Below are positions 1 through 12,685 of a stretch of DNA of 64,000 nucleotides, piece by piece (the stretch's first letter is position 1; every line of letters begins with the position of its first letter). A program made the translations under genes and the position numbers. The stretch is from Eledone cirrhosa (taxonomy: Eukaryota). Below the pieces are notes generated by a model, which was not told the DNA's origin, ran no database searches, and saw nothing but the letters and a program-made list of their open reading frames with translations. Location of the stretch: positions 57,846,001-57,910,000 of the forward strand of contig OZ024745.1 of the NCBI GenBank assembly GCA_964016885.1. The letters are read 5' to 3'.

Positions 1-876
<876 letters not shown>

Positions 877-1517
877 AGTGGGTGTTGGTTTTATTCCGTT
901 GGTTTTATTTCCGTTTCCGTAAAACTGCAATGAGATGTGAATTAAAACGTAACAAGCTAGCTGCTGTGGTAGTGTAGATATGTGTATGTACGCGCGCGCA
1001 TGAGCTAACCCACTCAGGGAGATATACCTATGTATTTGAAATTCAGGATACCCATTCAGATACACATAGATGTAGATACACACACAAATGCTTGTAGTAA
1101 AAGAGAGCCGCTGGTGAAGATGATTGTATTCCTCTCTCATTACGTGGGTATGACTAAGAGAAACTACTTAGCTTTGGGTACGACAATAAGGTGGTACAAT
1201 AATAAGGCTGAACTACGATGTGTGAAGTTACTTCGTGCATGGAGAATAATGGAGCCGAACGTTAATAGGGATGTGCACTAAATGTTGGGAAACATTTCAC
1301 AAGGATTTCGTCTGAAATAAAGTTTGAATCCGTAAAGACATATAATTTCAAAAATGAAAACAAAAATATATTAGACGCTGTCACACATATTCCTTCTTTC
1401 TCACACTACATATGTTTTTGACCCTTTGTGCTCGTGTATATGTGTGTATATTTTCACAAGAGGATATATAGGCATATGATGATTCTTCAATGCATAATAA
1501 CGAAATTAAAGTTATTC

Positions 1518-1588
<71 letters not shown>

Positions 1589-1669
1589 AATGTTTAATTT
1601 GTTGGTATTTCAACAAATATATTTATAACAGATTCGAAGCACCCGACAAGTTTTCTGGAGTATGATATC

Positions 1670-1960
1670 AATGATATTAATAAATTGAAACTATATTTAT
1701 AAAACCATATTTATTCTATTATATATAGTTCAAGGGTACCAAAACTTTGGTACGCTCACATCAGATAAAATACAAGTTTCACCTGGATAATCTATCCAGG
1801 TGAAACGTGAACCGTTAAGGTCTCATTCCTGGATATGTCAATATTTATAAAACAAACTTCGTGTTTTATCTGATGAGGGCGTACCAAAGTCTTGGTACCC
1901 TTGAAATATATATAATAGAATAAATATGGTTTTATATTTATAGTTTCCATTTATTAATAT

Positions 1961-1965
<5 letters not shown>
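1670..1965. mobile_element. Inverted pLTR-like repeat pair between (TA)n tracts
   Basis: ~1670-1780 is the diverged reverse complement of ~1853-1965; perfect hairpin GTTTCACCTGGATA-ATC-TATCCAGGTGAAAC at 1776-1806. Confidence 0.7.
1864..1920 (+). ncRNA. Type I hammerhead ribozyme motif
   Basis: TTTTAT-CTGATGA-GGGCGTACCAA AGTC TTGGTACCCTT-GAAA-TATATA-TA-ATAGAA; degenerate inverted copy at ~1714-1770. Confidence 0.75.
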
Positions 1966-2008
<43 letters not shown>

Positions 2009-2543
2009 CTTTGACCTCTCGTCGGTGTGTGTGAGTGTCTGTGTACTCACTCACACTAACTCTGACCGACTGTAATTCTAAAGATTTGATGCTGAGATTA
2101 GACCTGTCCAGCGTCTTTTACAGCTATTGAGAGATAGAGACTTCATAGTTTTATGACCCTAACTGAGGACGATAGCAGTCGGCGTGTTTTGGCTGCTTAA
2201 TCTTCATATGTGGGACAAAATTCTAGTGAGTGAACATCGTTAAATTTTCTCTCTCATATCAAGGATTTGAAGACAATTCATTTTCACCTGACGAGATCAG
2301 TGATAATCGATCATGGCCGCGCGATCGATCTATCTCTTATTGAAACATGTGTCACGATTAAAATGATTGGAAATACATACCATGCCTTTGGATCTTTATT
2401 TTGATAAAAATACTCCGTTTTACATCATCTAGCTGTCCCCATAAATGGAATTGGAGATATACAAAAGCGTGGAGAACTTAATATTGGTAACAAAGGTTTA
2501 TTGGACCGTATGACACAACCAATAATACACCTTACTATATAAC

Positions 2544-2547
<4 letters not shown>

Positions 2548-2622
<75 letters not shown>

Positions 2623-2806
2623 GATATATATACATATATATAGATATATATACATATATATACATATATATATATACACTTATATATATGTATATATATA
2701 TACATAAATATACATATATATATATACATACATAAATATATATATATAATATATATATACATTTCTGTACACACACATACGCACTCACACATATATATAT
2801 ATACAT
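2548..2806. repeat. (TA)n/(TACA)-type microsatellite
   Basis: direct reading. Confidence 0.9.
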
Positions 2807-3299
2807 ATCAGTTTAACAAATAAATTCTTCTAAATCCCTTTGATAATTACCTTAAAGTATTATGGTATATCATAAGGTTATTCTCGAACCCCTTTACTTC
2901 TATAATGAACTAGCATTACTTTTTTCATTACGCCTCTCCACAAAACATAATTATCAAAAACAAAAAGGCACTATAGTTTAACTGAAAATTGAATTTAATG
3001 ACACTTCAGACAAAGAAACAATGAGTCAGACAAACTTAATTATAATCAAGAAATAATTATCTTGAAAGAAATCTAATTACATCCGTGGCACGGTTTTATT
3101 CATATGTTTAATTTCCTAAGCGGTAAAATAGAAAATGTCTCCATAGGCAGGTCACTTATACGACGGTGAAACTGAATCGGACACATGAATAATAAAGATA
3201 ATGTAATTGAACAATGGAGTAGTTTCTTTGTTGCAGATTTCTATACGTAAATATTACAAATAGTTTTAGCTTTCAATTTATATCATCATCTGATTTCAT

Positions 3300-4650
3300 T
3301 TCATAATAAAATTAGAATACATGGAAGAGGACGTTCTCTGGCCAGAAATTGAAAGGTGGAATAAAACCTTTAACATCTCTGACAGATATCTTGGCTGTAG
3401 GGAGATTAAATGACAATACTCGAGGAATAGCCAGTTATGTCTGAAACGTTATCATTCAGCTTGAAATATATGATTATATGTATAACTTCAAATCCTAAGA
3501 ATAGTAGCTTCGTGATCTGATAAGATAAACGTTTTCCAGCTGAATGTTCGATGCGTTGCATTAGAGCACAACCACGATGTCATGTTTATCTCGATTATAT
3601 ACAGCTCCTGGCTGCTAAATCCTTTATACTGCTCATGTTTTCTAGTATAAGTCACGTCATGATCATTCAGAACTATGCTTAAAGGTTTATAGAAGGTCAG
3701 TTGAATATCTTGTCCTCTATTCTTGTCATGAAATAAATATATTGGAAGAGTTACGTGAAGAAAACAATTTTTGTTAATGAATATTTGGATTCCCTAAGGG
3801 TAGAGTTCCAATTTACATGTAAGAGTGATGTCCATGACGAAATTAGGGCAACAAAATAAAACAGAAATTAATTCAAATAAATTAAAGCAAAGGAATCGAT
3901 ATTTAAATGTATTTAACTCTAATAAATATTGCATTTACACAAATTAAGTCGATTCCAATCAATTTAAATTGAAGGGGGAAAAAATGTAAATATGAGTGTA
4001 AATGTCGTGAAAAATAGCTGTCTTAGACATGCCAGTATATTTCTTTTTTCAATTTGGGTAAACGATCTATCGATAGCTTGAAGATAGCTAATGTCCGTAG
4101 AAACCCATCTACCATACAGAAATTGAGCATGGATGACGCCCTTATTATACAACCTCAAGTGCCTATATGTTAGGCAGTCGTATCATTTAGAAATACCTTT
4201 AATTACTTATCACGTTGTTGTAATTTCAAGTCAGCTTGTAACCATATATCAAGGATCTTTATGGATTTTTGCGGTATCAATATTTGATTCATTAAGTATA
4301 TTCCATCCCATGAAAATTTGATAGGATTATGGAAGTGAATCAATTGTGTTGTAGAGGGATCAAATTATTGACCATACTCTTTTACCTATACAGTTGCAGT
4401 TGGTAGTGCTGTGCATAACTGTGTCTTTTTGATCATGATACTAGATAAAATATATAAGTTGATATCATCTATAAAACCTGATACTTCCACAAATTTATTT
4501 ACCCGAGGGAATGGAGTGTAATATATAATTTCAACCACACTATCGCATAACTTAATATTAACCATTCACTATCAGATCATACCATATATCATTACTTTTA
4601 TTTTGCAGGAGTAACCTACAATAAACTATTGTATAGCATATAGATACCCA
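3300..4650 (-). pseudogene. Highly decayed L1/Tx1-like reverse transcriptase fragment
   Basis: minus-strand reading gives VSGFIDDINLY (YADD-like) followed by KILDIWLQADL (KILGIWF-like); many stops and frameshifts; limits approximate. Confidence 0.4.
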
Positions 4651-5858
4651 AGTATGTATACAGTATGAGACGACATAGTATACGATTCTACATTGTACAG
4701 AATAAACAAGTTGTAGTGTATAAACATAGTGATAATTGAAAATCTATTTTAGATAACTGATGAAATTCAAAATTCGTGATTTACATTGTTTTACATTATT
4801 TGATTGATCCTACTCTTATCCATTATTTAAATGTCTAGATAGACTTCGATACGTTGGTATTTTGTCACAGAAGTTGGAACTAGACAGACAAATTGAATAC
4901 AGAACATTCTGAACATTAATATGATTAACTATTCTATAATTCAACAAACCAAGCAAATACTTGGCGTCGTATCATCTATAATATTATTATGTTCGTCGCG
5001 GGATGAGTTCGAGTGCGCTACTTAACTAAGTTATGAAATTAAAGAGCTACTCGGGATATTTAACAAAACGACAGCGGTTTAACGCTACAAATTGAACACT
5101 TTATTTACGAAATACAATCGGGGGTTAAAGTACAGTTATTTAACATCATACAACAACGTTATGGTGATTTATATAATGATGCTTCAAAACAGAAATAAGC
5201 TCATTTATAAAGGTTATGCATCGTGTAAATTCTTCGAGTACCGCTAATAAATTATTTGGAGTTAAGATGATATTTTACTTTTGATTACAGTTCGCACAAA
5301 ACATTGGAGAAGTCCTCTGTTGGTAAGATGTACGTGAGATGATAACAAAACAAATTATCAAAAGAAAATTTACGCTTGTCATTCGACAAAAGCAGACTAG
5401 ACCTAAATAACTATTCTTTACAATTTATCACTCATGTGATATTGAAAAACACTATTCTCCATCTTTCCACTCCCATCTAACACCCACCCGCCATAACCCA
5501 ATAATATGTATATAAAACGAACATAGGACACATGTCAACATTTTGGATAGAACCACCCATGTAAACTCTCATACCTACAGAAGTGTCGATTAGGAATCGG
5601 GATCCGATCGCATGATCAAACCCGTGCTGATCGATACAGAAACAATTGTAATATCTACTAAAGTTTACAAAAAACTGCAATTCTTATTGTCACTTATATA
5701 TATATATATACACATATATATATATATATATATGTGTGTGTGTATGTGTGTATGTGTGTGTGTGGTGTATGGTGTGTGTGTGTGTCTGTGTGTCTGTGTG
5801 TCCGGTTCAATCGGTGGTAACCACAGTATGTAAGGTACATTAGTAGAGCGTGAGCAAG

Positions 5859-5985
5859 AAATTTAATATAGAAATTGCTTCTATAGGACTAGGATTGTTT
5901 CAATCGAAGGGTATCCTAAAGCCCTGACGATTTCCTTCGAATGAAACAGTTCTAGTCCTGTAGAAGCCATTGCTATATTAGATTT
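5859..5985. repeat. Fold-back inverted repeat containing HHR core halves
   Basis: 5859-5910 vs 5934-5985 inverted; CTGACGA-TTTCCTTCGAAT-GAAAC at 5924-5947; a related truncated core lies on the minus strand at ~11836-11857; stem I not evident. Confidence 0.6.
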
Positions 5986-6037
5986 GTTTACAATTGCCTC
6001 CTGTGTTTTGTTCGTTCATTTTCAACTAAACACACAC

Positions 6038-6110
<73 letters not shown>

Positions 6111-6119
6111 CATATATAT

Positions 6120-6295
6120 GGTAAATTTTCTGTGGCTGTGAATCGCTGATAAAAAGGTATAATTTATCTATTATTTCTTCATAGGTATATTTTAAACTTA
6201 TAGCCTCGTTTAAATGTTTTTTGTATGGTTGAATATGCTGATTGGGAGAAGAAATACTGTATAATTTTTATCTAATGATTCTATGGACTTACATT

Positions 6296-6369
<74 letters not shown>

Positions 6370-6959
6370 AAAGTAAGTCGATAGAATCATTAGATAAAAT
6401 ATATACAGTATTTCTTCTCCCAATCAGCATATTCAACCATACAAAAAATCATTTAAACGAGGCTATAAGTTTAAAATATACCTATGAAGAAATAATAGAT
6501 AAATAAGTGATAGCTTTTTATCCGAGATTCACAGCCACAGACATTTTACCTAGTATTTCTGAAAGCCTGTAGAAATTGACTAGACATACAGTTAACCATA
6601 CATAATTAGGTACAAAATAAAAGTTAGAAGAAAAAGTGTACATAAAGATTCCAAAATCATCAAATATATCTCTACCACCGGGCGTTTCTTTCGCTTTTTG
6701 CAAATATCCGATCTTAGATAAATCAACGAGTTTCGAAATCATCAGGAGACAAACTCAATTGGATAAAGATTTTTCTTAAATGATCCCTGCCAGAAACGAA
6801 TTCAAAAGGGCTAGGAATTGTCACGTGGCTAGTGGCCAAGTCAGAAAGCTTGTGATTGGTGACTGTCAGCTAGTAGGCTGGTTGCTAAAAAGAGCAGCCG
6901 AATACTGCCTAAAGTTTTACTCAACCTTACGGGAGTATATATATAGATAACCTTACAGA

Positions 6960-7057
<98 letters not shown>

Positions 7058-7325
7058 GGCAACCATACACGGTGTGCTCAATGACGAATTAATTAATTAA
7101 ATAATCAACAATCAGAGCAATATATATTTCTTCATAGGTATATTTTAAACTTATAGCTTCGTTTAAATGATTTTTTGTATGGTTGATTATGCTGATTGGG
7201 AGAAGAAATACCGTATATATTTTATCTAATGATTCTATCGACTTACTTTCTTATATATTGCTCTGATTGTTGATTATTTAATTAATTAATTCGTCATTGA
7301 GCCACCGTGAATGATTGCCAAAATC
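6120..7325. mobile_element. Nested inverted pLTR-like repeats of one PLE-like family
   Basis: 6120-6298 and 6367-6550 are inverted around a central (TA)n; third copy at ~7125-7256, flanked by its own inverted pair ~7055-7125 / 7252-7322. Confidence 0.7.
6671..6749 (-). ncRNA. Degenerate hammerhead motif
   Basis: minus strand TCTC-CTGATGA-TTTCG...CGAAA-GAAA-CGCCCG-GTG-GTAGA; stem II is clear, but the triplet GUG is non-canonical. Confidence 0.45.
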
Positions 7326-7379
7326 ATATATATATATATATGGCTCTGTCTACTTTATGTGTATGTAAACTTCTAAATT

Positions 7380-7433
<54 letters not shown>

Positions 7434-7509
7434 ATATGTATATATATATATATATAAATTAATAAAGTAATGAATAAACAAAGAAACAGTTCCTTATATT
7501 AACAAAATT

Positions 7510-7648
7510 CATCATTTTACGATCGTTTCTAGGATATATATGTGTTAGTGTTGAATGCATATTCTATAGATCTATGTAAAATATATATACAATCTATCAG
7601 AAGGAATATACATACCTACACATATATATGCTGTCTTCAGAAATAATG
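7510..7648 (-). ncRNA. Type I hammerhead ribozyme with long stem II
   Basis: minus strand CATTATTT-CTGAAGA-(~105 nt hairpin)-GAAA-CGATCG-TA-AAATGATG. Confidence 0.75.
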
Positions 7649-8338
7649 ATATTTGTTTATTGAAAAAAGCAAAGATTTAATACAATAGGTCTGTTTGGGA
7701 ACAGGTTTTGAATTGACCAATAGAAAGATAGTGAAGGTCAAGATAGTAATATAGTAGTAAAAGAACCTTAATTTATGGGTAGAGGAAGGTAGATTTCAGT
7801 TTTGGATGGAAACGAATATTATGAATGAAAGATTATTTTAGGGATGAAAATAGGTCGTATGCTGACCTCAGAAATAATTATATTTGTTCATTGAATAAAA
7901 CCAACAAAGATTTAATATAGTCTGTCTGTTTGGTAACAGGTTTAGAATTAACCAATAGAAAGTTAATAATTGGCCAAGTGGTAAAATAGTAGTAATTGAA
8001 GTTTATTTTATGGGTAGAAGAAGGTAGATTTCAGTTTTGAATGGAGTATGAAGAATGAGAAGGTTATTTTAGGGGTCAAAATAGGTCAGGTCCGTAAAAG
8101 GTATACAACAGTTGCTGTTATAAAATAGTAATGCCAATGCAAATATCTAAGGAGACTAAAATTTTACGATAAGAGTGTTAGTGAATAAAATACATCCATG
8201 AAAGGAATATAAATTAATTTAATTGATGGGTATATTTATATTGATAAAATTATACTAATGCATATAGATATGATAAATAAGAGTTAGATGTAGTTTAAGA
8301 GTGCTGTTAAAGATGAGGGGAAATTAAAAGAATATAAA

Positions 8339-8413
<75 letters not shown>

Positions 8414-8414
8414 T

Positions 8415-8455
<41 letters not shown>

Positions 8456-9170
8456 TACATATATATATACACACATACATACACACACATATAATTATTG
8501 GGGGGGGGAAGTTAAATTTATTAGTAAGAAATAATAAATATATAGAGATTTCAAGGAACATAGAGTCATAACCTGAAATTAAAGCATTATATATGTTTAC
8601 TTAATGGTATCAGTTTTAGGAAATGATAGTTGTAAGAAGGAAAGTAAAATTATGTAGTTCATCAGTAGTAGAATATTAATTATAGGTTAACTAAATTATA
8701 ACAACAACTGTGCTATATTTTTTACTGACCTGACCTATTTTCACCCCTAAAATATCCTTCTCATTCTTCACACTCCATTCAAAACTGAAATCTACCTTCT
8801 TCTACCCCTAAAATAAACTTCAATTACTACTATTTTACCATTTGGCCAATTATTAACTTTCTATTGGTTAATTCTAAACCTGTTACCAAACAGACAGACT
8901 ATATTAAATCTTTGTTGGTTTTATTCAATGAACAAATATAATTATTTCTGAGGTCAGCATACGACCTATTTTCATCCCTAAAATAATCTTTCATTCATAA
9001 TATTCTTTTCCATCCAAAACTGAAATCTACCTTCCTCTACCCATAAATTAAGGTTCTTTTACTACTATATTACTATCTTGACCTTCCATATCTTTCTATT
9101 GGTCAATTCAAAACCTGTTCCCAAACAGACCTATTGTATTAAATCTTTGTTTTTTTCAATAAACAAATAT

Positions 9171-9310
9171 CATTATTTCTGAAGACAGTATATATATGTG
9201 TAGGTATGTATATTCCCTCTGATAGTTTGTATATATATTTTACATAGATCTATAGAATATGCATACCAACACTAACACATATATATCCTAGAAATGATCG
9301 TAAAATGATG
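9171..9310 (+). ncRNA. Type I hammerhead ribozyme with long stem II (inverted copy)
   Basis: CATTATTT-CTGAAGA...ATATATATGTG...CACATATATAT...GAAA-TGATCG-TA-AAATGATG. Confidence 0.75.
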
Positions 9311-9496
9311 AATTTTGTTAATATAAGGAACTTTTTCTTTGTTTATTCATTACTTTATTAATTTATCTTGACTCTGTTTCCCGTTAATTTTCACCGAAAA
9401 TAGTTTTTGAATGCATCTTCTGTTTTCATGATATCCGGATTACATTGAGTTCTTCATACGGATTGGACACTACCGTAAACTTTTGGTAGATTTATC

Positions 9497-9562
<66 letters not shown>

Positions 9563-9617
9563 CGTGAAGACGTGTATAAAGAAGAACAAACAGTTAAAAC
9601 ATGTTTGTTTAAAACAG

Positions 9618-9657
9618 CACCTACGTACGTTTCGCTCGAAAGGGCTTCTCAAGGGCA
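9618..9657 (-). ncRNA. Hammerhead variant (U3-A8 core), inverted copy
   Basis: reverse complement TGCCC-TTGAGAA-GCCC TTTC GAGC-GAAA-CGTACG-TA-GGTG. Confidence 0.6.
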
Positions 9658-9735
9658 TAACAAACTAAAGAGTGCTCCTTACGTTACCCAGAAGGGGTTC
9701 TAAACATAAATTGTCATCCCCCTGCCGACAATTTC

Positions 9736-10014
9736 TCAGTGCGTGGAGAAGCTGATATTTGAGTCTTTTAATGCTGTGATGTAATTGGCGAGCGAAGTGG
9801 AGTTTCTTAGTTCTTTGTTTGTGAAAGAGTGGAGATGTGTTCGAAATCCATTTTTGAACGGGCCAGAGGTAGCCCCTATATATTGTTTCACTCTATTATG
9901 GCTAGTTACGGTGCACCTATAAATAACCTTATCTGTTAGGCAATTTCCTCTAAGGGCGCAGCGTCCCCTGTCACGACAGTTGCAATTTCGGTCGCAGTCA
10001 CTTCTAGTTCCCAA
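9736..10014 (-). pseudogene. PLE GIY-YIG endonuclease N-terminal fragment (Naiad-type)
   Basis: CNCRDRGRCALRGNCLTDKVIYRCTV...YIGATSGPFK...H..SF...STSLANYI. Confidence 0.85.
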
Positions 10015-10030
10015 GGTAAGGGTATTATTA

Positions 10031-10190
10031 TAGAGTCGGACGCCATGCTTTCTAGCATAGTTACGTCCCTTTACAGTCTGAGTTCAAATCCCGCCGAGGT
10101 TAACTTTGCATTTCATCCTTACGAGGTCGATAAAATAAAGTACCAGCATTGTACTGAGTAATTGCTGGCCTTGTGCCTAAAGTAGAAACA
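10031..10190 (+). mobile_element. tRNA-derived SINE
   Basis: B-box GAGTTCAAATCC, core TTTCATCCTTACG.GGTCGATAAAATAAAGTACCAG, tail CCTTGTGCCTAAAGTAGAAACA; multiple copies in window. Confidence 0.85.
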
Positions 10191-10319
10191 ATTATTATTG
10201 TTATCTATGTTGTTACCTAAGCCTCTATACCTGTCGTTAGTACTATTATATCCCACAGCGTGCGTAGTACCATTATCACTTCAGACGCCACAGCGCCTTC
10301 TGTTGTCGTCGGGTGACAC

Positions 10320-10547
10320 TCCACTTCGCTCGCCAATTACATCACAGCATTAAAAGACTCAAACATCAGCTTCTCCACGCAATGGGAAATTGTCGGCAGG
10401 GCAGCACCGTACAATGTCAAGAGGAAGTGCGACCTTTGCCTCATGGAGCTTTACAATATAATAACGGCACACCCTGAGCCCATCAACAGCAGAGCAGACA
10501 CAGTGATAAACTGCAGGCACCGTATAAAAATCTCTTACTCCAGATGA
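10320..10547 (+). pseudogene. PLE GIY-YIG endonuclease C-terminal fragment (Naiad-type)
   Basis: STSLANYITALKDSNISFSTQWEIVGRAAPYNVKRKCDLCLMELYNII...INSRADTVINCRHR (CxLCxxE, NxR and CRH motifs). Confidence 0.85.
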
Positions 10548-10862
10548 AATAAGAATAAGGCGTGAAAACCGTAAACCGGGTCACTCTGCATCAAACTTTA
10601 ACACCCCCGCGGGGAGGCGCTGCAAATAAACATCTGGAAACTAAACATGCATCCCAGACCCGACGTGAATCGACAATGGTAAAGCAGTACCCACAAAGTA
10701 GTAACGGGTAACAAATAGCTTGAGGAACACTGCTCTGACTAGAGTTATCTCCCTTGATCTACTGCAAAATCAATACATGGGGTTTACGAAGAATGAACTG
10801 TGATGTGAATTTATCTTTAGAACACTTTTTGAGTCATGTAAGGAGCACTCTTTAGTTGTTTA

Positions 10863-10902
10863 TGCCCTTGAGAAGCCCTTTCGGGCGAAACGTACGTAGG
10901 TG
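10863..10902 (+). ncRNA. Hammerhead variant (U3-A8 core)
   Basis: TGCCC-TTGAGAA-GCCC TTTC GGGC-GAAA-CGTACG-TA-GGTG, in the 3' repeat downstream of the GIY-YIG stop. Confidence 0.65.
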
Positions 10903-11106
10903 CTGTTTTAAATAAACATGTTTTAACGGTTTGTTCTCCTTTATATACGTCTTCACGTGTATTCTCATGCTTATATTCTCGCCCACTAGATATTAACACT
11001 TCCAATATTTAACACTGCGGGCACAAGTATTGAGCACATCTGCATATGCTAATGGCAAATAACTACATGCATCGCCTATCTCTTCTTCTATCTCTCGATA
11101 CTTAAA

Positions 11107-11185
<79 letters not shown>

Positions 11186-11629
11186 TTTGTGTGTATGTGT
11201 TTAGGAGTCTGTATGTGAGTGTATTGTGTGCTCTTTATTTTATTATTAGATAGATATGTTGGGGGACGAGTTTGCCTGCGAACATTAATATCACCATATA
11301 TGGTTATTTATTATTATTGTTCACACATCATAAAGCAGCGTGGGAATTTGTGAAAAAGAGACTAACATTAAGATAATAGCTTTGAAAATCACCCAAATCA
11401 TTATGTACAAACACATTAGCAAAGTATAAGAGCATTAGCAATATTGAAACTCTAGGCAAGCAGATATTACAATGAAATTTGGTTCTTAATATTCAGAATT
11501 ATAATATTGCTCATATATATAGCAATCGTGACAAACACAGATCATGGTAAATTTCAGACATTACCAATGATAGACCGAAGTTATGTATACATATATATCT
11601 GTACGTGCGTGTATGTTTGTATGCATTCG

Positions 11630-11721
<92 letters not shown>

Positions 11722-11722
11722 T

Positions 11723-11762
11723 CCGAGCTGAGGATCCTCTACGGTGAAACAAATGTTCTCGG
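11723..11762 (+). ncRNA. Minimal hammerhead in an isolated pLTR fragment (same family as 31.2-32.1 kb)
   Basis: CCGAG-CTGAGGA-TCCTCTACGGT-GAAA-CAAATG-TT-CTCGG followed by TATGGTGAACTA as at 32001-32020; the ~70 bp fragment sits inside (TA)n. Confidence 0.75.
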
Positions 11763-11789
11763 TATGGTGAACTATCTGTTGTGTAACCA

Positions 11790-11839
<50 letters not shown>

Positions 11840-12218
11840 TTCGAACGAAATCATCAGGAAAGCCGTTTCTATATTAAAAATTCATACTCAGCTATGTATT
11901 GAGTACCTTACTCTCGTCACCCCCGATTGAAGCCGGTAAAAACACATACACATACATATATATATGTGTGTATGTGTGTGTGTGAGTTGATGTGTGTGTG
12001 TGTGTGTCTGTCTGTGTGTGTGCCTGTGTGTATAAATTATACCTGAAAACACTATCCAAGATGATAAATGCAAATCTACCAAGTGTAAACTACAATTCGA
12101 CCTGTAAAATACATTTCTATCTATGAAACAAATAATTTCAAACTCTCTACTTCAAAAGTCACCAGCGATCCGACGTCTTCTGACGATACTAACATATCAA
12201 ATATTCATTCTTGTTTAC

Positions 12219-12280
<62 letters not shown>

Positions 12281-12412
12281 AACTAAAATAAAATCCATAT
12301 GACTCCAGTTCCTCAGTGAAATAACAACCCGAACAGGAACTGGGCATATCAGAGTATTGACAAAGTTAACACCTCAACAACATGTGGACTCATCTCTACC
12401 ACACTAATTCGG

Positions 12413-12467
12413 ACTGCCTGAAGAGGTCACACCCAAAGATGGCTGTCACCGAAATATATATAGCAGT
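12413..12467 (+). ncRNA. Type I hammerhead ribozyme motif in a pLTR-like fragment (~12276-12610)
   Basis: ACTGC-CTGAAGA-GGT...ACC-GAAA-TATATA-TA-GCAGT; related to the 32157 and 61005 copies. Confidence 0.8.
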
Positions 12468-12631
12468 AATAAACGAACCCAAATTTAAAATATTCGACCT
12501 ATTTATTTATTTTAGTTTATTTTACATTACTCCGGTAACCAAACCAACCCTCGCACCTCGTCGAGTGCTCCAATCTGCATACTGAAGTGTCGGCAAACAA
12601 CCAACATATACTCAAAATTTATATATATATT

Positions 12632-12685
<54 letters not shown>

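Larger units (their letters stand above)
7454..9366 (-). mobile_element. Decayed PLE (Naiad-like) with ~645 bp inverted pLTRs
   Basis: 7454-8099 is the reverse complement of 8720-9366; each arm has an internal ~231 bp tandem; the spacer has weak Naiad-like residues (YSF..TAL.NYI; FPK) and an internal microsatellite. Confidence 0.7.
9562..11060. mobile_element. Rearranged Naiad-type PLE remnant with inverted pLTRs
   Basis: 9562-9718 inverted vs 10802-10958; 9720-9802 inverted vs 10319-10400; GIY-YIG fragments on both strands; SINE inserted near 10031. Confidence 0.8.

Noticed and set aside
2150-2220. CTGAGGA followed by a hairpin (AGCAGTC/GGCTGCT)
   Set aside because: No GAAA after the hairpin; cannot be called a hammerhead
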